DNA of 64,000 nucleotides from an uncultured cyanobacterium. Lineage in GTDB: Bacteria; Cyanobacteriota; Cyanobacteriia; Cyanobacteriales; CAWCAG01. Location of the stretch: NCBI GenBank assembly GCA_963803805.1, contig CAWDOD010000002.1, positions 1,088,001 to 1,152,000 on the forward strand. The letters are read 5' to 3'. Made by a program: the position numbers and the translations under genes. Below, one piece after another: positions 8,902 through 19,350 of this stretch (within the stretch, counting starts at the first letter, position 1; each line of letters starts with the position of its first letter). The notes beneath the pieces are model-generated. The model did not search any database. It was not told the DNA's origin and saw nothing but the letters and a program-made list of their open reading frames with translations.

Positions 8902-9978
8902 ATGGTAAATACCCTCAAAAAACCTGAATTTGAAGAAATCCGTCCAGGAGTCAAAAATCCTGCCAAGGAAAACCTTTTAACACCTCGATTTTATACCACT
9001 GATTTTGAGGAAATGGCGAAGATGGATCTTTCGCCTAATGAAGAGGAATTAAAAGCTATTCTTGAGGAATTTCGCGTTGACTATAACCGTACCCATTTTG
9101 TGCGGGATGAGGAATTCAATCAATCTTGGGAACATATTGACGGGGAAACACGCCGCTTATTTGTAGAATTTTTAGAGCGTTCTTGTACCGCAGAATTCTC
9201 TGGCTTCCTGCTTTACAAAGAACTAGGCAGACGTTTGAAGAAATCCAACCCACTTTTAGCTGAATGCTTTAACTTAATGTCTAGGGATGAGGCACGTCAT
9301 GCAGGCTTCCTTAATAAAGCCATGTCTGACTTTAATCTTTCTTTGGACTTGGGCTTCCTCACCAAAAACCACAAATATACTTTCTTCAAGCCAAAATTTA
9401 TTTTCTACGCCACCTACCTCTCAGAAAAAATTGGTTACTGGCGCTATATAACTATCTATCGTCACTTAGAAGCCCATCCAGAAGACCAAATTTATCCTAT
9501 CTTCCGCTTCTTTGAAAACTGGTGTCAAGATGAAAATCGCCATGGTGATTTCTTTGATGCCGTAATGAAATCTCAGCCTCATATTTTAAACGACTGGCGG
9601 GCTAAATTATGGTGTCGTTTCTTCCTGCTTTCTGTGTTCGCCACCATGTATCTTAATGATATTCAGCGTTCTGGTTTCTATAAATCTTTAGGTTTAGATG
9701 CCCGTGAGTATGATATTCACGTTATTAAGAAAACTAACGAAACCGCAGGCAGGGTATTTCCTATCACCTTAAATGTGGAAGATCCAGAATTTTATAATCG
9801 GTTGGATGTTTGTGTGGAAAATAATCGTAAGTTAGCCTCAATTGCTAGTTCTGAAGGCATTAAACCTGTAAAATTCTTGAAGAAACTGCCCCTTTATCTT
9901 TCTAGTGGTTGGCAACTTTTGAAGTTATATTTCATGAAACCTTTAGATGCTGCTAGCGCTCAAGGTATGGCTCGTTAA
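8902..9978 (+). CDS. acsF: Mg-protoporphyrin IX monomethyl ester (oxidative) cyclase
   Basis: [11 protein letters not shown], di-iron motifs [27 protein letters not shown]. Confidence 0.97.
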   Translation: MVNTLKKPEFEEIRPGVKNPAKENLLTPRFYTTDFEEMAKMDLSPNEEELKAILEEFRVDYNRTHFVRDEEFNQSWEHIDGETRRLFVEFLERSCTAEFSGFLLYKELGRRLKKSNPLLAECFNLMSRDEARHAGFLNKAMSDFNLSLDLGFLTKNHKYTFFKPKFIFYATYLSEKIGYWRYITIYRHLEAHPEDQIYPIFRFFENWCQDENRHGDFFDAVMKSQPHILNDWRAKLWCRFFLLSVFATMYLNDIQRSGFYKSLGLDAREYDIHVIKKTNETAGRVFPITLNVEDPEFYNRLDVCVENNRKLASIASSEGIKPVKFLKKLPLYLSSGWQLLKLYFMKPLDAASAQGMAR

Positions 9979-9984
9979 ATCATT

Positions 9985-10017
9985 TTATAGAGGCGTTAGG
10001 ATACAACGTCTCTATAA
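9985..10017. repeat. REP-like hairpin / possible terminator after acsF
   Basis: TTATAGAGGCGTT-aggatac-AACGTCTCTATAA; same AGAGRCGTT...AACGTCTCT core as 40668-40696. Confidence 0.7.
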
Positions 10018-10019
10018 TT

Positions 10020-11222
10020 TTGCTAGAGGTGCAGAAATTGAAAACCTTAGCTAAAGTTGCGATCCCGAAGGCTACGCAGAGCGTAATCACCGCTTTTTTA
10101 CTAATTCTGTTAACAGCTTGCGGTGCATCCAGAATTACTGCCCAAGAGCGACTATTTCCAGAATTATCCTTGGAATTTTTGGGAGAATATCAACTCCCTA
10201 AAAAAGTTTTCCAAGATACTCCCGTAGGCGGTTTATCGGCTTTAACCTACAACCCCAAACTTAAGCGTTTCTACATTCTATCCGATGACCGTAGTCAATT
10301 TGCTCCGGCTCGTTTTTATACTTTTAATATTCCCTTCCAGCAAAATGAAGCAGGAGAGATTGGTTTTGGTGAAGTAGCTATAGAAAGAGTAACCTTTCTC
10401 AAAGATTCTCAAGGGAACACCTATCCTGCCGGAAGCATTGATCCTGAAGGAATCGCCTTCTCTCCCCAAGGCAACCTTTTCATCTCTAGTGAAGGAATTC
10501 CCAGCCAAGGCATCCCTCCTTTCATTAGAGAATTTGACCTCGAAACAGGGCAAACATTGAGCGATTTACGCCTTCCCCAACGCTACTTACCTCCAGAGCA
10601 GGAGGAAGATTTACCTCGCGGGGTTAGGGAAAACTTAGGATTAGAAGCCTTAACCCTCAATCCTTTTAGCGCGGCTGTTCCCCAAGCAGATCCCTTCCGA
10701 TTATTTGCCGCTTTTGAATTTGCCTTGCAACAAGATTATAACTCTGAAGCAGAAGGAGAAACAGGAGAGATACCCCTGCGTTTCATGCACTATCTTTTTA
10801 ACCCCATCGGACTACCAAATTTTGTAGCGGAACATCTTTATTACCTAGATGCTACCCCTGCTGGTGTCATTAGCAATGGGTTAACGGAATTAGCAGCGAT
10901 TGAACCAGAAGGTTATTTCCTCAGTTTAGAACGGACTTACGGCTTAACTGGGGCAGGGGCAAAGATTTACCAAGTCGCATTAGCTACGGCTACTGATACG
11001 ACCTTAGTAGAGAGTTTTCAGGGCAATATAGGAGGGGTTGTACCTTTGAAAAAAAAGCTACTCCTTGACCTTAAGGGACTAGAAATTTATCTCGATAATT
11101 TTGAAGGAATGGTTTTGGGACCCTTATTACCTGATGGTAGTAAAAGTCTTCTTTTAATCAGCGATGATAATTTTAGTGAAGAACAAATAACACAGTTTTT
11201 ACTATTTCGTTTAAATGATTAA
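10020..11222 (+). CDS. Esterase-like activity of phytase family lipoprotein
   Basis: Lipobox LTAC, GGLSAL, ILSDD, DPEGI, DNFEG and ISDDNF motifs. Exact start uncertain. Confidence 0.85.
   Translation: MLEVQKLKTLAKVAIPKATQSVITAFLLILLTACGASRITAQERLFPELSLEFLGEYQLPKKVFQDTPVGGLSALTYNPKLKRFYILSDDRSQFAPARFYTFNIPFQQNEAGEIGFGEVAIERVTFLKDSQGNTYPAGSIDPEGIAFSPQGNLFISSEGIPSQGIPPFIREFDLETGQTLSDLRLPQRYLPPEQEEDLPRGVRENLGLEALTLNPFSAAVPQADPFRLFAAFEFALQQDYNSEAEGETGEIPLRFMHYLFNPIGLPNFVAEHLYYLDATPAGVISNGLTELAAIEPEGYFLSLERTYGLTGAGAKIYQVALATATDTTLVESFQGNIGGVVPLKKKLLLDLKGLEIYLDNFEGMVLGPLLPDGSKSLLLISDDNFSEEQITQFLLFRLND
10062..10085 (+). mobile_element. 24-nt SDR-like micro-insertion in a HIP1 variant
   Basis: GCG[ATCCCGAAGGCTACGCAGAGCGTA]ATCAC; contains the hairpin TACGC-AGA-GCGTA; in frame. 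Confidence 0.55.
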
Positions 11223-11239
11223 TGGGCAACTGACGATTG

Positions 11240-11300
11240 GTAAAGGCAGGTTTATTAAGATTTGTGATAAGCTCATAAATTTACGAGAACCAGCCCATAC
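11240..11300 (+). repeat. ~60-bp REP-like dispersed repeat, copy 1
   Basis: Aligns by eye to the reverse complement of 61425-61484. Confidence 0.7.
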
Positions 11301-11330
11301 ATTCTACTTTTTATATTAACTAACTGAAAA

Positions 11331-11918
11331 ATGTCTCATTCTCAAGATATTAAAACTCTTGCTCGTTTAATGGCAGCAGATTTTAGTAACCAAGAACAAG
11401 CTTTTGAAAATCCACCTTTTTTTGCTCATATTCGAGTTTGTATCCGACCTTTATCAGAGGAATTATTCGGAGAAACAAGTCTTTTTTTAGAACAAGCTTA
11501 TGATATAGCCATCAATGAACCTTATCGCTTACGGGTATTCAAATTAACTGCTGTAGAAGATTATATTTTCTTAGAAAACTTTAAAATAAAAGACCAAGAG
11601 AAGTATTATGGCGCTTCTCGTCATAAAGAACGTTTGCAAGACTTAAAGGTAGAAGAGTTGGAAAAATTACCTGGCTGCGACATGATTATTAAATGGACTG
11701 GCAGCAGTTTTAATGGAGTTGTTGTACCAGGTAAAAATTGCATCGTCGAACGCAAAGGCAAAGTAACTTATCTAGATAATAGTTTTGATGTTAGCGAAGA
11801 GAAGTTAGTTAGTTATGACAGAGGCAGAGATCCAGAAACTGACGAATTAGTATGGGGATCTGTGGCAGGGCCTTTTGAGTTTTACCGTAAAACCAGCTTT
11901 GCTTCTGAAATCAATTGA
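11331..11918 (+). CDS. cpcT: Phycobiliprotein chromophore lyase CpcT/CpeT
   Basis: AADFSNQEQAFENPPFFAHI, PYRLRV, DRGRDPETDELVWGS. Confidence 0.92.
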   Translation: MSHSQDIKTLARLMAADFSNQEQAFENPPFFAHIRVCIRPLSEELFGETSLFLEQAYDIAINEPYRLRVFKLTAVEDYIFLENFKIKDQEKYYGASRHKERLQDLKVEELEKLPGCDMIIKWTGSSFNGVVVPGKNCIVERKGKVTYLDNSFDVSEEKLVSYDRGRDPETDELVWGSVAGPFEFYRKTSFASEIN

Positions 11919-12506
11919 CAATCTGTTGGGTGTTAATCAGTAATATAGACTGAATTAATTTTAGGAACGCATCTTTTCCACCGTGTACAGAATACCATGT
12001 TCAGGAAGAGGAAAGCGCATGAAGTAGCAAGAGTTTTTTTTAGTTAACATCAATAAGCAAAACTTTTCTTTCTTATCGTCAAAGTTCAAATCATTTAAAG
12101 TCAAACAATTTTTGAGCGGCTCTATAAATTTATGTTAAGAACGGTTGAATAAGCTTTTGAGAGGGGTTTCTTTTGTAATAGAATTAATTAAGATTTATAA
12201 ATAATGCGAAACTGGCCGTTTTTTGCTCAAAACAATCTTCAACTGAGAGAAGCCACGAGATAATGGGGCTTGACTTGAAATAAAGCAAGTTGAAGGAAGG
12301 AATTCCATAATACTAAAAGCATGAGAGAATCACTTTCTTTTTAGACTGAATTTAATCGCCTATTGACAAAATGCAAATTTAATGTTTTCTTGCTTCTCTT
12401 AAACTTAGCAAAAATATTAAGTAGTCCAACAAGATTATTTGTATATTTACCACTCAGTTGTATTCGGTGTACCCTAGTCCCTCATTTTCCACCAGCTCCC
12501 TATTCT

Positions 12507-13271
12507 TCAATAAGATTCTTCTTGATAAGCAAGATAAACAGCTTCTAAAAATTGATTTGCTGTCACGCCAGGGGGAACTTTCTCTAAGGCAATAATCTCT
12601 TTAATTTGGCTAGCTAAACGTAAGCTAACTTCTTTTCTGGCTGAAGGTATCATCCCTTTGCGGCGTTGTAAATAGTCGCGAATAATCGCAAAATCTTCTG
12701 GTAATAAACTAGATAAATCAGTTACGATGGGAAGTTCTTGAGCTAAAGTCTTAGCTTCTGTTGAAATAGAAAACTTAGTGTCATTAATAGTTTGTTCTTC
12801 TTGTACTACTAAAGTTCCTGCTACCAAGTCTCCAATACGTTTTTCTTGCTTATTAAAAATAATAAAAAACATACCTACAAACAACAAGTCATCTACAGGG
12901 CGAAGGAGGGAGCGAATAGTTGCTTGTTGTATTTGTACTGGTCTGCCATCATCTTGAATTACCCTGATTTTAACTCGACGTTTGCCAGGGGTTTGTCCTT
13001 GCCAAATGGTTTCAAAAAAAACAAAATAACCAACTTGAATAGCAAAAACAACTAGTAATTGAATAGCTAGTAAAAATTGAGACAAGCTATCATATTGGGC
13101 CAAATAATTGAAAACCAAAAATACCAAGGTGACTTGGCATAGCAAAACAACTGATGACCAAAGAAAATAATCGATTAAAAGAGCATGAACTCGATTACCA
13201 ATTCCGGCTAGGGAAAACTCTAGTTCAACACTTTCTGGCGTTTCTAAACTAACTCGATTAAAAAAATTCAC
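12507..13271 (-). CDS. RDD family membrane protein
   Basis: TPESVELEFSLAGIGNR, ALLID, GQTPGKR, KRIGDLVAGT. Confidence 0.92.
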   Translation of the reverse strand: MNFFNRVSLETPESVELEFSLAGIGNRVHALLIDYFLWSSVVLLCQVTLVFLVFNYLAQYDSLSQFLLAIQLLVVFAIQVGYFVFFETIWQGQTPGKRRVKIRVIQDDGRPVQIQQATIRSLLRPVDDLLFVGMFFIIFNKQEKRIGDLVAGTLVVQEEQTINDTKFSISTEAKTLAQELPIVTDLSSLLPEDFAIIRDYLQRRKGMIPSARKEVSLRLASQIKEIIALEKVPPGVTANQFLEAVYLAYQEESY

Positions 13272-13350
13272 AAATCAGTTATTGGTTGTCTTATAAATAA
13301 ATGCTATACAGCTTACCATTGCCCCAGACTAAACTGTTAATAGATAACTG

Positions 13351-14328
13351 TCAAATAGTATCCCGTAGCTGTAAATCTAACCCTTCTTTACGATTACGTA
13401 AGTCGTAATAAATTACAGCTTTAATTGCTTGCCAAAAAGCTAAAGTAGCTATGTTGGCGGTAAAGAAGAATAAAATAGTTAACAACAATGGTCCTATCAA
13501 TGCAGATACAACGGCTGTGGGGTTTAATCCTCCTCCGACACCTAATATACCGCCAAAAGAAGCCAATAAAGAAGCAAAGCTGATAATCAGGGGAACCATG
13601 GCTATTGCATAAATTGGTAAAGTAATTAGGAAAGCAACAAAAACAATTAAAGCAATTTGTGTAGCCATTCCTTTACTTAAAGTCCAACTACGATTTAAAG
13701 CATCAGAACTACTAACTTTAGTTTCTATCGCTAAAGGAACTTCGGGGATGAAAAATCTAGCATAGACCCATAAATAAATACCTAAAAGAAGGAATTGCCC
13801 AACTACAGTAATCAACAAAACCAAGGGGTTATTATTACCCAATATTCTCGCTAAAATAAATGTGAGCGCACCTACAGTTAAACTCTGCACCAGAGACAAA
13901 CCTATATTAACAACACCCATAACAGCAGAAAGCAAAAGTTGTACCCAGAGGAAATCCCACATTTTGGGTTGAATACTTTCACTAGCTAAGGTTTTAGTTT
14001 CGGGCTTGTCGGCTAACATTCCGAAAGCTAATCTAGAGATGAGGGCAGAATTTTTTAAGGACTTAGCCCCACAATAAAATACGGCTACTAACCAAACAAG
14101 AAAAACGAGAATTATTATGGGGATTAATGAAGTATTCGTACTAAAATTAAGAGCAATTAGTCCTGCGATTACTAAACCTAGTAAAAATGGTGAAAATGCC
14201 CACAAACTTGCTGTTAAAGCAATCCCTAAATAGGTTTTTAAATTATCCCTATACAGTCGCAAACTAGCACTAACTACATTACCTATACTCAAGGGGCCGA
14301 TAGAACTGGAACTTCTAGACATCTTCAA
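13351..14328 (-). CDS. Multi-pass membrane protein (GDPD membrane-domain/DUF975-like)
   Basis: PLSIGNVVS start, several TMs, ALNRSWTLSKG, YYDLRNRKEGLDL end. Confidence 0.75.
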   Translation of the reverse strand: MKMSRSSSSIGPLSIGNVVSASLRLYRDNLKTYLGIALTASLWAFSPFLLGLVIAGLIALNFSTNTSLIPIIILVFLVWLVAVFYCGAKSLKNSALISRLAFGMLADKPETKTLASESIQPKMWDFLWVQLLLSAVMGVVNIGLSLVQSLTVGALTFILARILGNNNPLVLLITVVGQFLLLGIYLWVYARFFIPEVPLAIETKVSSSDALNRSWTLSKGMATQIALIVFVAFLITLPIYAIAMVPLIISFASLLASFGGILGVGGGLNPTAVVSALIGPLLLTILFFFTANIATLAFWQAIKAVIYYDLRNRKEGLDLQLRDTI

Positions 14329-14390
14329 ATTGGCATCGTTGCTGTTTACACCAATCCTAAGCTAGGTTGGGCTAGATATGGGGAGATGTT

Positions 14391-15359
14391 ATGAATATTA
14401 AACGTTGGATTGGCCGTAGAGAGAAAAATTGGCAGCGTTTAGATAATTTGTTAAATCAGGTAGAAAAGAAAGGCCTAAAGTCTTTGCAAGCTGATCAGAT
14501 TATAGAATTAGCAGGTTTATATCGTTCTGTTTCAGCAGATTTAGCTAGGGCAAGAACCAACAAAGTTGGCAAAACCTTGATCCAAAGCTTACAAAAACTA
14601 ACCTCCCGCAGCTATAACCAAATTTATCAAGGTTCCCGTCGCCAAGAATGGCAAAAAGCAATTGAATTTTGTTTATGGGGGTTTCCCGCCTTAGTACGGC
14701 GAACTTGGGTTTATATTGCGATCTCCACGGGACTTTTTATTGGTAGCGGTTTAATCGCTTGGTGGTACTCCTGGCAAGATCCTAGTTTTATCGCCTTAGT
14801 TGTTCCCCAAGGGATTATTTCTCAAGTTCGCGATCGCCAAGAGTTATGGATGGGTTCGATTTTAGGGACTGAACCTTTAGCTTCTAGCGGCATTATGATT
14901 AATAACCTCAAGGTATCTTTTAATGTCGTTGCTGGAGGTATAACCGCAGGAATTCTTACTGTTTATATCTTAATTTACAACGGTTTATTAATTGGCTCCG
15001 TAGGGACTTTAGTCGGACAACATAACTTAGCTTATCCTTTTTGGGCCTTTGTTTGGCCCCACGGTGCTTTAGAATTACCGGCAATCTTTTTTGCTGGGGC
15101 TGCGGGTTTATTAATCACCAGGGCGCTTTTATTTCCTGGGCAATATCGCCGTCTTGATGCTTTCAAAGTTTATGGTTCCCAGGCAGCACAATTAGTTTTT
15201 GGTGTTGTTATCATGCTGATTCTTGCCGGAATAATTGAAGGTTTCTTTTCTCCTAATCCTCTTTTTCCAGATTCTTTTAAATATCTAATTGGGATAGCAA
15301 TTTTAACTTCTTTAGTGATGTATTGTATTAGGAAAAAAGGTGTAATTGGTAATGGCTAA
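14391..15359 (+). CDS. Stage II sporulation protein M (SpoIIM/DUF95) family membrane protein
   Basis: LYRSVSADLARA, PHGALELPAI, AGIIEGFFSP; divergent from the RDD cluster. Confidence 0.9.
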   Translation: MNIKRWIGRREKNWQRLDNLLNQVEKKGLKSLQADQIIELAGLYRSVSADLARARTNKVGKTLIQSLQKLTSRSYNQIYQGSRRQEWQKAIEFCLWGFPALVRRTWVYIAISTGLFIGSGLIAWWYSWQDPSFIALVVPQGIISQVRDRQELWMGSILGTEPLASSGIMINNLKVSFNVVAGGITAGILTVYILIYNGLLIGSVGTLVGQHNLAYPFWAFVWPHGALELPAIFFAGAAGLLITRALLFPGQYRRLDAFKVYGSQAAQLVFGVVIMLILAGIIEGFFSPNPLFPDSFKYLIGIAILTSLVMYCIRKKGVIGNG

Positions 15360-15378
15360 TGGCTAAATTATTCTATCA

Positions 15379-15444
15379 CCCTAGCTCCCTAGCTCCCTAG
15401 CTCCCCATCTCCCGATCTCCCCATCTCCCTATCTCCCTGCTCCC
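15379..15444 (+). repeat. Octamer tandem repeat (CCCTAGCT x3, then CCCNATCT x4)
   Basis: Read directly. Confidence 0.9.
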
Positions 15445-15549
15445 TTCTTCAAAAGTTATACATCAAGTTGAACAAATTTATTTAATCTCTCCTCAAATAA
15501 AACGTGATCGCTAACATCTTATTTTCATACTAGGAAAAACTAAAAACTT

Positions 15550-15756
15550 ATGATGGAGATAGGATTTAAGGTGGATATAGAAGAACTAGAGACTCGTTAT
15601 AGAGAAGAAATAGACGGCTTAGGCAATCAATTACAAAACGCTACATTAGAAATCTCTCAAATAGAAACAGTAATCTTGCAAATGGGACAATCTATTGAAA
15701 ACCTCAGTAATATTCTCGAAGAATTTATTCAACAGCAGCGAAATAGAGAAAATTAA
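15550..15756 (+). CDS. Small acidic coiled-coil hypothetical protein
   Basis: 68-aa ORF with heptad pattern and AGGA upstream; stop overlaps the convergent gene. Confidence 0.6.
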   Translation: MMEIGFKVDIEELETRYREEIDGLGNQLQNATLEISQIETVILQMGQSIENLSNILEEFIQQQRNREN

Positions 15757-16127
15757 TCAGAAAGATTTAATTCTTCGGCAATCACTTGATTAATTTTAGT
15801 TAAAACCGTAGGCTTTACCAGGAAACGACGCGCCCCTAATTCCCAGGCCCTTTCTTTATCTTTAGGAAAAGAATAAGCAGAAAAGACAATTACAGGAAGA
15901 AAATACCAGGGCGATCGCCTCAGCATTGCCATCAAATCAAAACCATCAATACCACCTGGAAGCTTAATATCAAGCAAAATCAAATCTGGCTGAAACTCTT
16001 CTAAATGATCTCTGAAATTCAAGCCATTTGGTACACTTAGAATTTCATAACCCCTTGAATTAAGATACTCTGTAACGACTTCACGATGGAATTCATTGTC
16101 CTCAATAAACAGGATTTTGCCACTCAC
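15753..16127 (-). CDS. Single-domain response regulator (CheY/DivK-like)
   Basis: ILFIED, LILLDIKLP, FLVKP. Confidence 0.9.
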   Translation of the reverse strand: MSGKILFIEDNEFHREVVTEYLNSRGYEILSVPNGLNFRDHLEEFQPDLILLDIKLPGGIDGFDLMAMLRRSPWYFLPVIVFSAYSFPKDKERAWELGARRFLVKPTVLTKINQVIAEELNLSD

Positions 16128-16243
16128 AACATTCTAACTTCAAGCTATCACTGAAAATAGCCTGAATTAACTTACTTTTCATCTAGACTAGAAGTATTGT
16201 TTAAAAAGCCGTTTTACCCTTAGCTGCTCAAATTAATTTAGCA

Positions 16244-18202
16244 TTAAATATCTGGCACATTTTCAATAACAGGAGGAGAAGGTTGGAGAATTTCTTGCCA
16301 GCGCTGAATATCTCTCCTGGCTTCTTGATAAGCTTCTGTTCCAGAAGGAACTTTTTTAGCAATACTAATAGCCTCATTCAAAGAATTATTACTAGCTCTG
16401 TCTTGGGCAATCCTCAAAATTTGATAGCTCCAATTATTAGAGTATTGTACACTTTGAGAGCTAAGTTTTGTTCCCGAAGGAACTTGCCTCGCAACACTAA
16501 TGGCTCTGACATAAGCGTCTGGAGTTCTTCCTTCAGCAATACCTACAGCTTGCTCGAAATTATCTCTAGCTTGAATCTCCCTTTGAGAAGCATCAATTAT
16601 CTTTTGGGCATCTCCTGATAAAGCTCTATTCGGACCAATTTGTCTGGCTGCTTCAATGGCTTCTGAGGTGTTTCCTGATTGCAATAAAGTTTCCGCTTGG
16701 TTTAAATAAGGCTGATCTTGTAAAATCTGAATCTTATTTCTCCACTCACTGGCTTTCCGCTGCGCTTCTGAGTAAAGAGGACGACCAGGAGCAATAGAAT
16801 TTGCTTCATCAATAGCTCTTTCTAAAGAGCCAATATCGCCATAACTAGCTAGTTGATTAGCCCGCTCTAAAAAAGGCCTATCTTCAGCATTTTTAATTTG
16901 ATTTGACCACTCTTGTATCGCTCCTTGGGCTTCTTGATAGCGAGGATTATATTGAGGAATCAGCCGCGCTTCAGCAATAGCTGCTGACAATTCCCCTACC
17001 CCTCCAGAGCGAGCTAGTTGTCTGGCTCTTTCTAGGTGTGCCACATCTTCAATTTCTCTTTGCCAGCGAGTAATTAAGCCTTGTGCTTCTGAGTAAAGGG
17101 GGCGGCCTGCACTTACTTGTTGAGCTTGAGCAATACCTCTTTCTAAACCAGCTACAGTGCCAGCACTAGCGCTGATACCAGCATTGGCTAAACTAGTCCA
17201 GTCTGTGACTTGTTTTTGAAGTTTGAGGCTAGAAGGAATAGCATTAGCGATGCGTAACAGTCCTGACCAATCTCTCTTATCTAACCTCTCTTGAGCGCTG
17301 GTAACTAACTTGTTACCCGCCTCTTCAATAAGTCTTTGAGCTTCCTTATAAGCGGTGCTAGTAGAGGAGATTTCTTGAGCTATGGAAATGGCTTGAATAT
17401 AATTTTCGTATCCCCCACGGCGCAGTGCTGCGTAGGCTTTGTCTAACTTAGAACTCTCTTCTTGAGCTAATTGAATTTCCCGTACTAGTTTTTCATACTG
17501 AGTACTAGACCAATATTTATTATCTAAATAAGTTAACTTAACCCCTTCCCGTAAAGCTTTACTCCAATTGGAGTTTTCTAAATCTTTCCTGGCTTGGGCA
17601 TAAATCTTTTCTCCTTTAGCCCAAATTGAGCGCCAACGCTTAATTCTTTCTTGAACTATTTCGTAAGCGCGGACTTGTTCAGGAATTTTATAGGCAACAG
17701 CGATCGCCTGTTTAAATTGACCCGCTTGAAACTTCTTCTCCCCTATTTTGAGAATTTCTAAAGCCCATTCCTCAATATTTCTATCAATTTCTTTCCTCAT
17801 GGGATGGTCATTTGGCAAGTCTGCCACCAACTTAATAGCTTCTAGATAATCATCCACAGTTTGCTTATTAGCAGCTAACTGAGCGCAATAAATACGTACA
17901 GATGCCGATGCCATAGGCCAGAAAATAGCTGGGCAGTTAGGCACCGTAGGCAACTTCAATAACAAAGCTGTAGCAATAAAGCCAATACCCCCTGAAAAGA
18001 TGATGGCTATGATTGACCAAAACTGCCAACTGCTAGGTACAGAAAGATTAAAGCGGTTACGATTAGGAGTTTCAACAAGTCCAGATGAAGAGGAGTGAGG
18101 AGTGTGGAAAGGAGGTTCCGGAGCCAGAGAGGAGGGCTTTTCTACACTATTTGGTATATTAATATTTCTATTTCTGGCCATAACTGGAATAAAACTCCTC
18201 AT
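16244..18202 (-). CDS. Conserved cyanobacterial membrane-anchored helical-repeat protein
   Basis: N-terminal TM, PNCPAIFWPMASASVRIYCAQ motif, repeated A..I...xPxY.EAQ..I..W units; no Walker A motif. Confidence 0.8.
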   Translation of the reverse strand: MRSFIPVMARNRNINIPNSVEKPSSLAPEPPFHTPHSSSSGLVETPNRNRFNLSVPSSWQFWSIIAIIFSGGIGFIATALLLKLPTVPNCPAIFWPMASASVRIYCAQLAANKQTVDDYLEAIKLVADLPNDHPMRKEIDRNIEEWALEILKIGEKKFQAGQFKQAIAVAYKIPEQVRAYEIVQERIKRWRSIWAKGEKIYAQARKDLENSNWSKALREGVKLTYLDNKYWSSTQYEKLVREIQLAQEESSKLDKAYAALRRGGYENYIQAISIAQEISSTSTAYKEAQRLIEEAGNKLVTSAQERLDKRDWSGLLRIANAIPSSLKLQKQVTDWTSLANAGISASAGTVAGLERGIAQAQQVSAGRPLYSEAQGLITRWQREIEDVAHLERARQLARSGGVGELSAAIAEARLIPQYNPRYQEAQGAIQEWSNQIKNAEDRPFLERANQLASYGDIGSLERAIDEANSIAPGRPLYSEAQRKASEWRNKIQILQDQPYLNQAETLLQSGNTSEAIEAARQIGPNRALSGDAQKIIDASQREIQARDNFEQAVGIAEGRTPDAYVRAISVARQVPSGTKLSSQSVQYSNNWSYQILRIAQDRASNNSLNEAISIAKKVPSGTEAYQEARRDIQRWQEILQPSPPVIENVPDI

Positions 18203-18299
18203 GTTACCTGTATAGATTTTTAGGAATTGCTTTACCGCTTCTCAATCTTCAAGTTCTCTGAATTCTGCCATATTTTTTAGTAATTTGGTTAATTGACAA

Positions 18300-19190
18300 C
18301 TAACTCCCTTCTCCGGCATGGTAGGAACTACGTACTAAAGCCCCGGAACGAACGTGGGAAAAACCCAAGGTACGGGCAACAGCGCCTAATTGTTCAAATT
18401 GCTCAGGAGTGCAGTATTTTTGTACGGGAAGATGTTGCAATGAAGGGCGCAGATATTGTCCAATGGTAAGGCGATCGCACTTTACTTGGCGTAAATCTTG
18501 CATCGTTTGTAACACTTCTGCTTCTGTTTCCCCATGCCCTAACATCAAACCGGATTTAGTTGGGATCTGGGGTGCTAGCTCTTTGACGAAGCGCAACACC
18601 GCTAGGGAGCGCTCATATTTAGCCCCCCTTCTAACTTTGTCTTGCAAACGTCGTACTGTTTCAATATTGTGGTTATAACAAGCGGGATTAGCCGCCACGA
18701 CTTTTGCTACCCTTTGCTTTTGTTGTACCACCGCATCTTTACCACTCCAAAAGTCAGGAGTAAGTACTTCAATTTGGGTTTGAGGATTAATTTGCCTAAT
18801 GGCTGTCATTGTGGCGACAAAACAACTTGCTCCCCCATCAGCTAAATCGTCCCTAGCCACAGAAGTAAGAACCACATAGCGTAGGCTTAATAGATTAACT
18901 GCTTCAGCAACTTTCTGAGGTTCTTGGGGGTCTAAACTTTGAGGGGGACGACCTTTATCTACCTGACAAAAAGCACAGGCACGGGTACAAGTAGAACCCA
19001 TCAACAAAAAAGTTGCCGTTTTGTTAGCATAACATTCACCTCGGTTGGGACAGCGCCCTTCCTCACAAATGGTGTGAATCTGCCTTTTTTTGATAATTTG
19101 CTGTACCGTAGAAATTTCGGTGGCCTTACCAAGGGGCTTTTTTAACCAAGCTGGAAGAGACGAAATTTCTCTTTGCACAGAATTAGTCAT
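18300..19190 (-). CDS. lipA: Lipoyl synthase
   Basis: [12 protein letters not shown], radical-[18 protein letters not shown]. Confidence 0.97.
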   Translation of the reverse strand: MTNSVQREISSLPAWLKKPLGKATEISTVQQIIKKRQIHTICEEGRCPNRGECYANKTATFLLMGSTCTRACAFCQVDKGRPPQSLDPQEPQKVAEAVNLLSLRYVVLTSVARDDLADGGASCFVATMTAIRQINPQTQIEVLTPDFWSGKDAVVQQKQRVAKVVAANPACYNHNIETVRRLQDKVRRGAKYERSLAVLRFVKELAPQIPTKSGLMLGHGETEAEVLQTMQDLRQVKCDRLTIGQYLRPSLQHLPVQKYCTPEQFEQLGAVARTLGFSHVRSGALVRSSYHAGEGS

Positions 19191-19350
19191 AAAATCAACA
19201 AGGATATGATCATAAAAATATAGTAAGCTGCTTCCAGTTGGATCGCCATAATGCAGTTTGCTTTAAATCAGATCTAGACTTATTTTTGTAGAACTTGTAT
19301 TTGAAACAAATAAGTGTAATATTTTTGAATCGCCTCTCAAGGAGTAAGTT

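Noticed and set aside
11919-12506. About 590-bp gap with short ORFs (including 12363-12548)
   Set aside because: AT-rich; I found no recognisable protein motif, repeat array or convincing structure.
12507-15359. RDD / membrane protein / SpoIIM cluster as a novel system
   Set aside because: Widespread known neighbourhood, usually with MoxR and DUF58, which are not in this window; nothing new is visible here.
15379-15444. Short tandem repeats as a possible CRISPR array
   Set aside because: 7-8-nt units without spacers; typical cyanobacterial STRR-like repeats; no cas genes.
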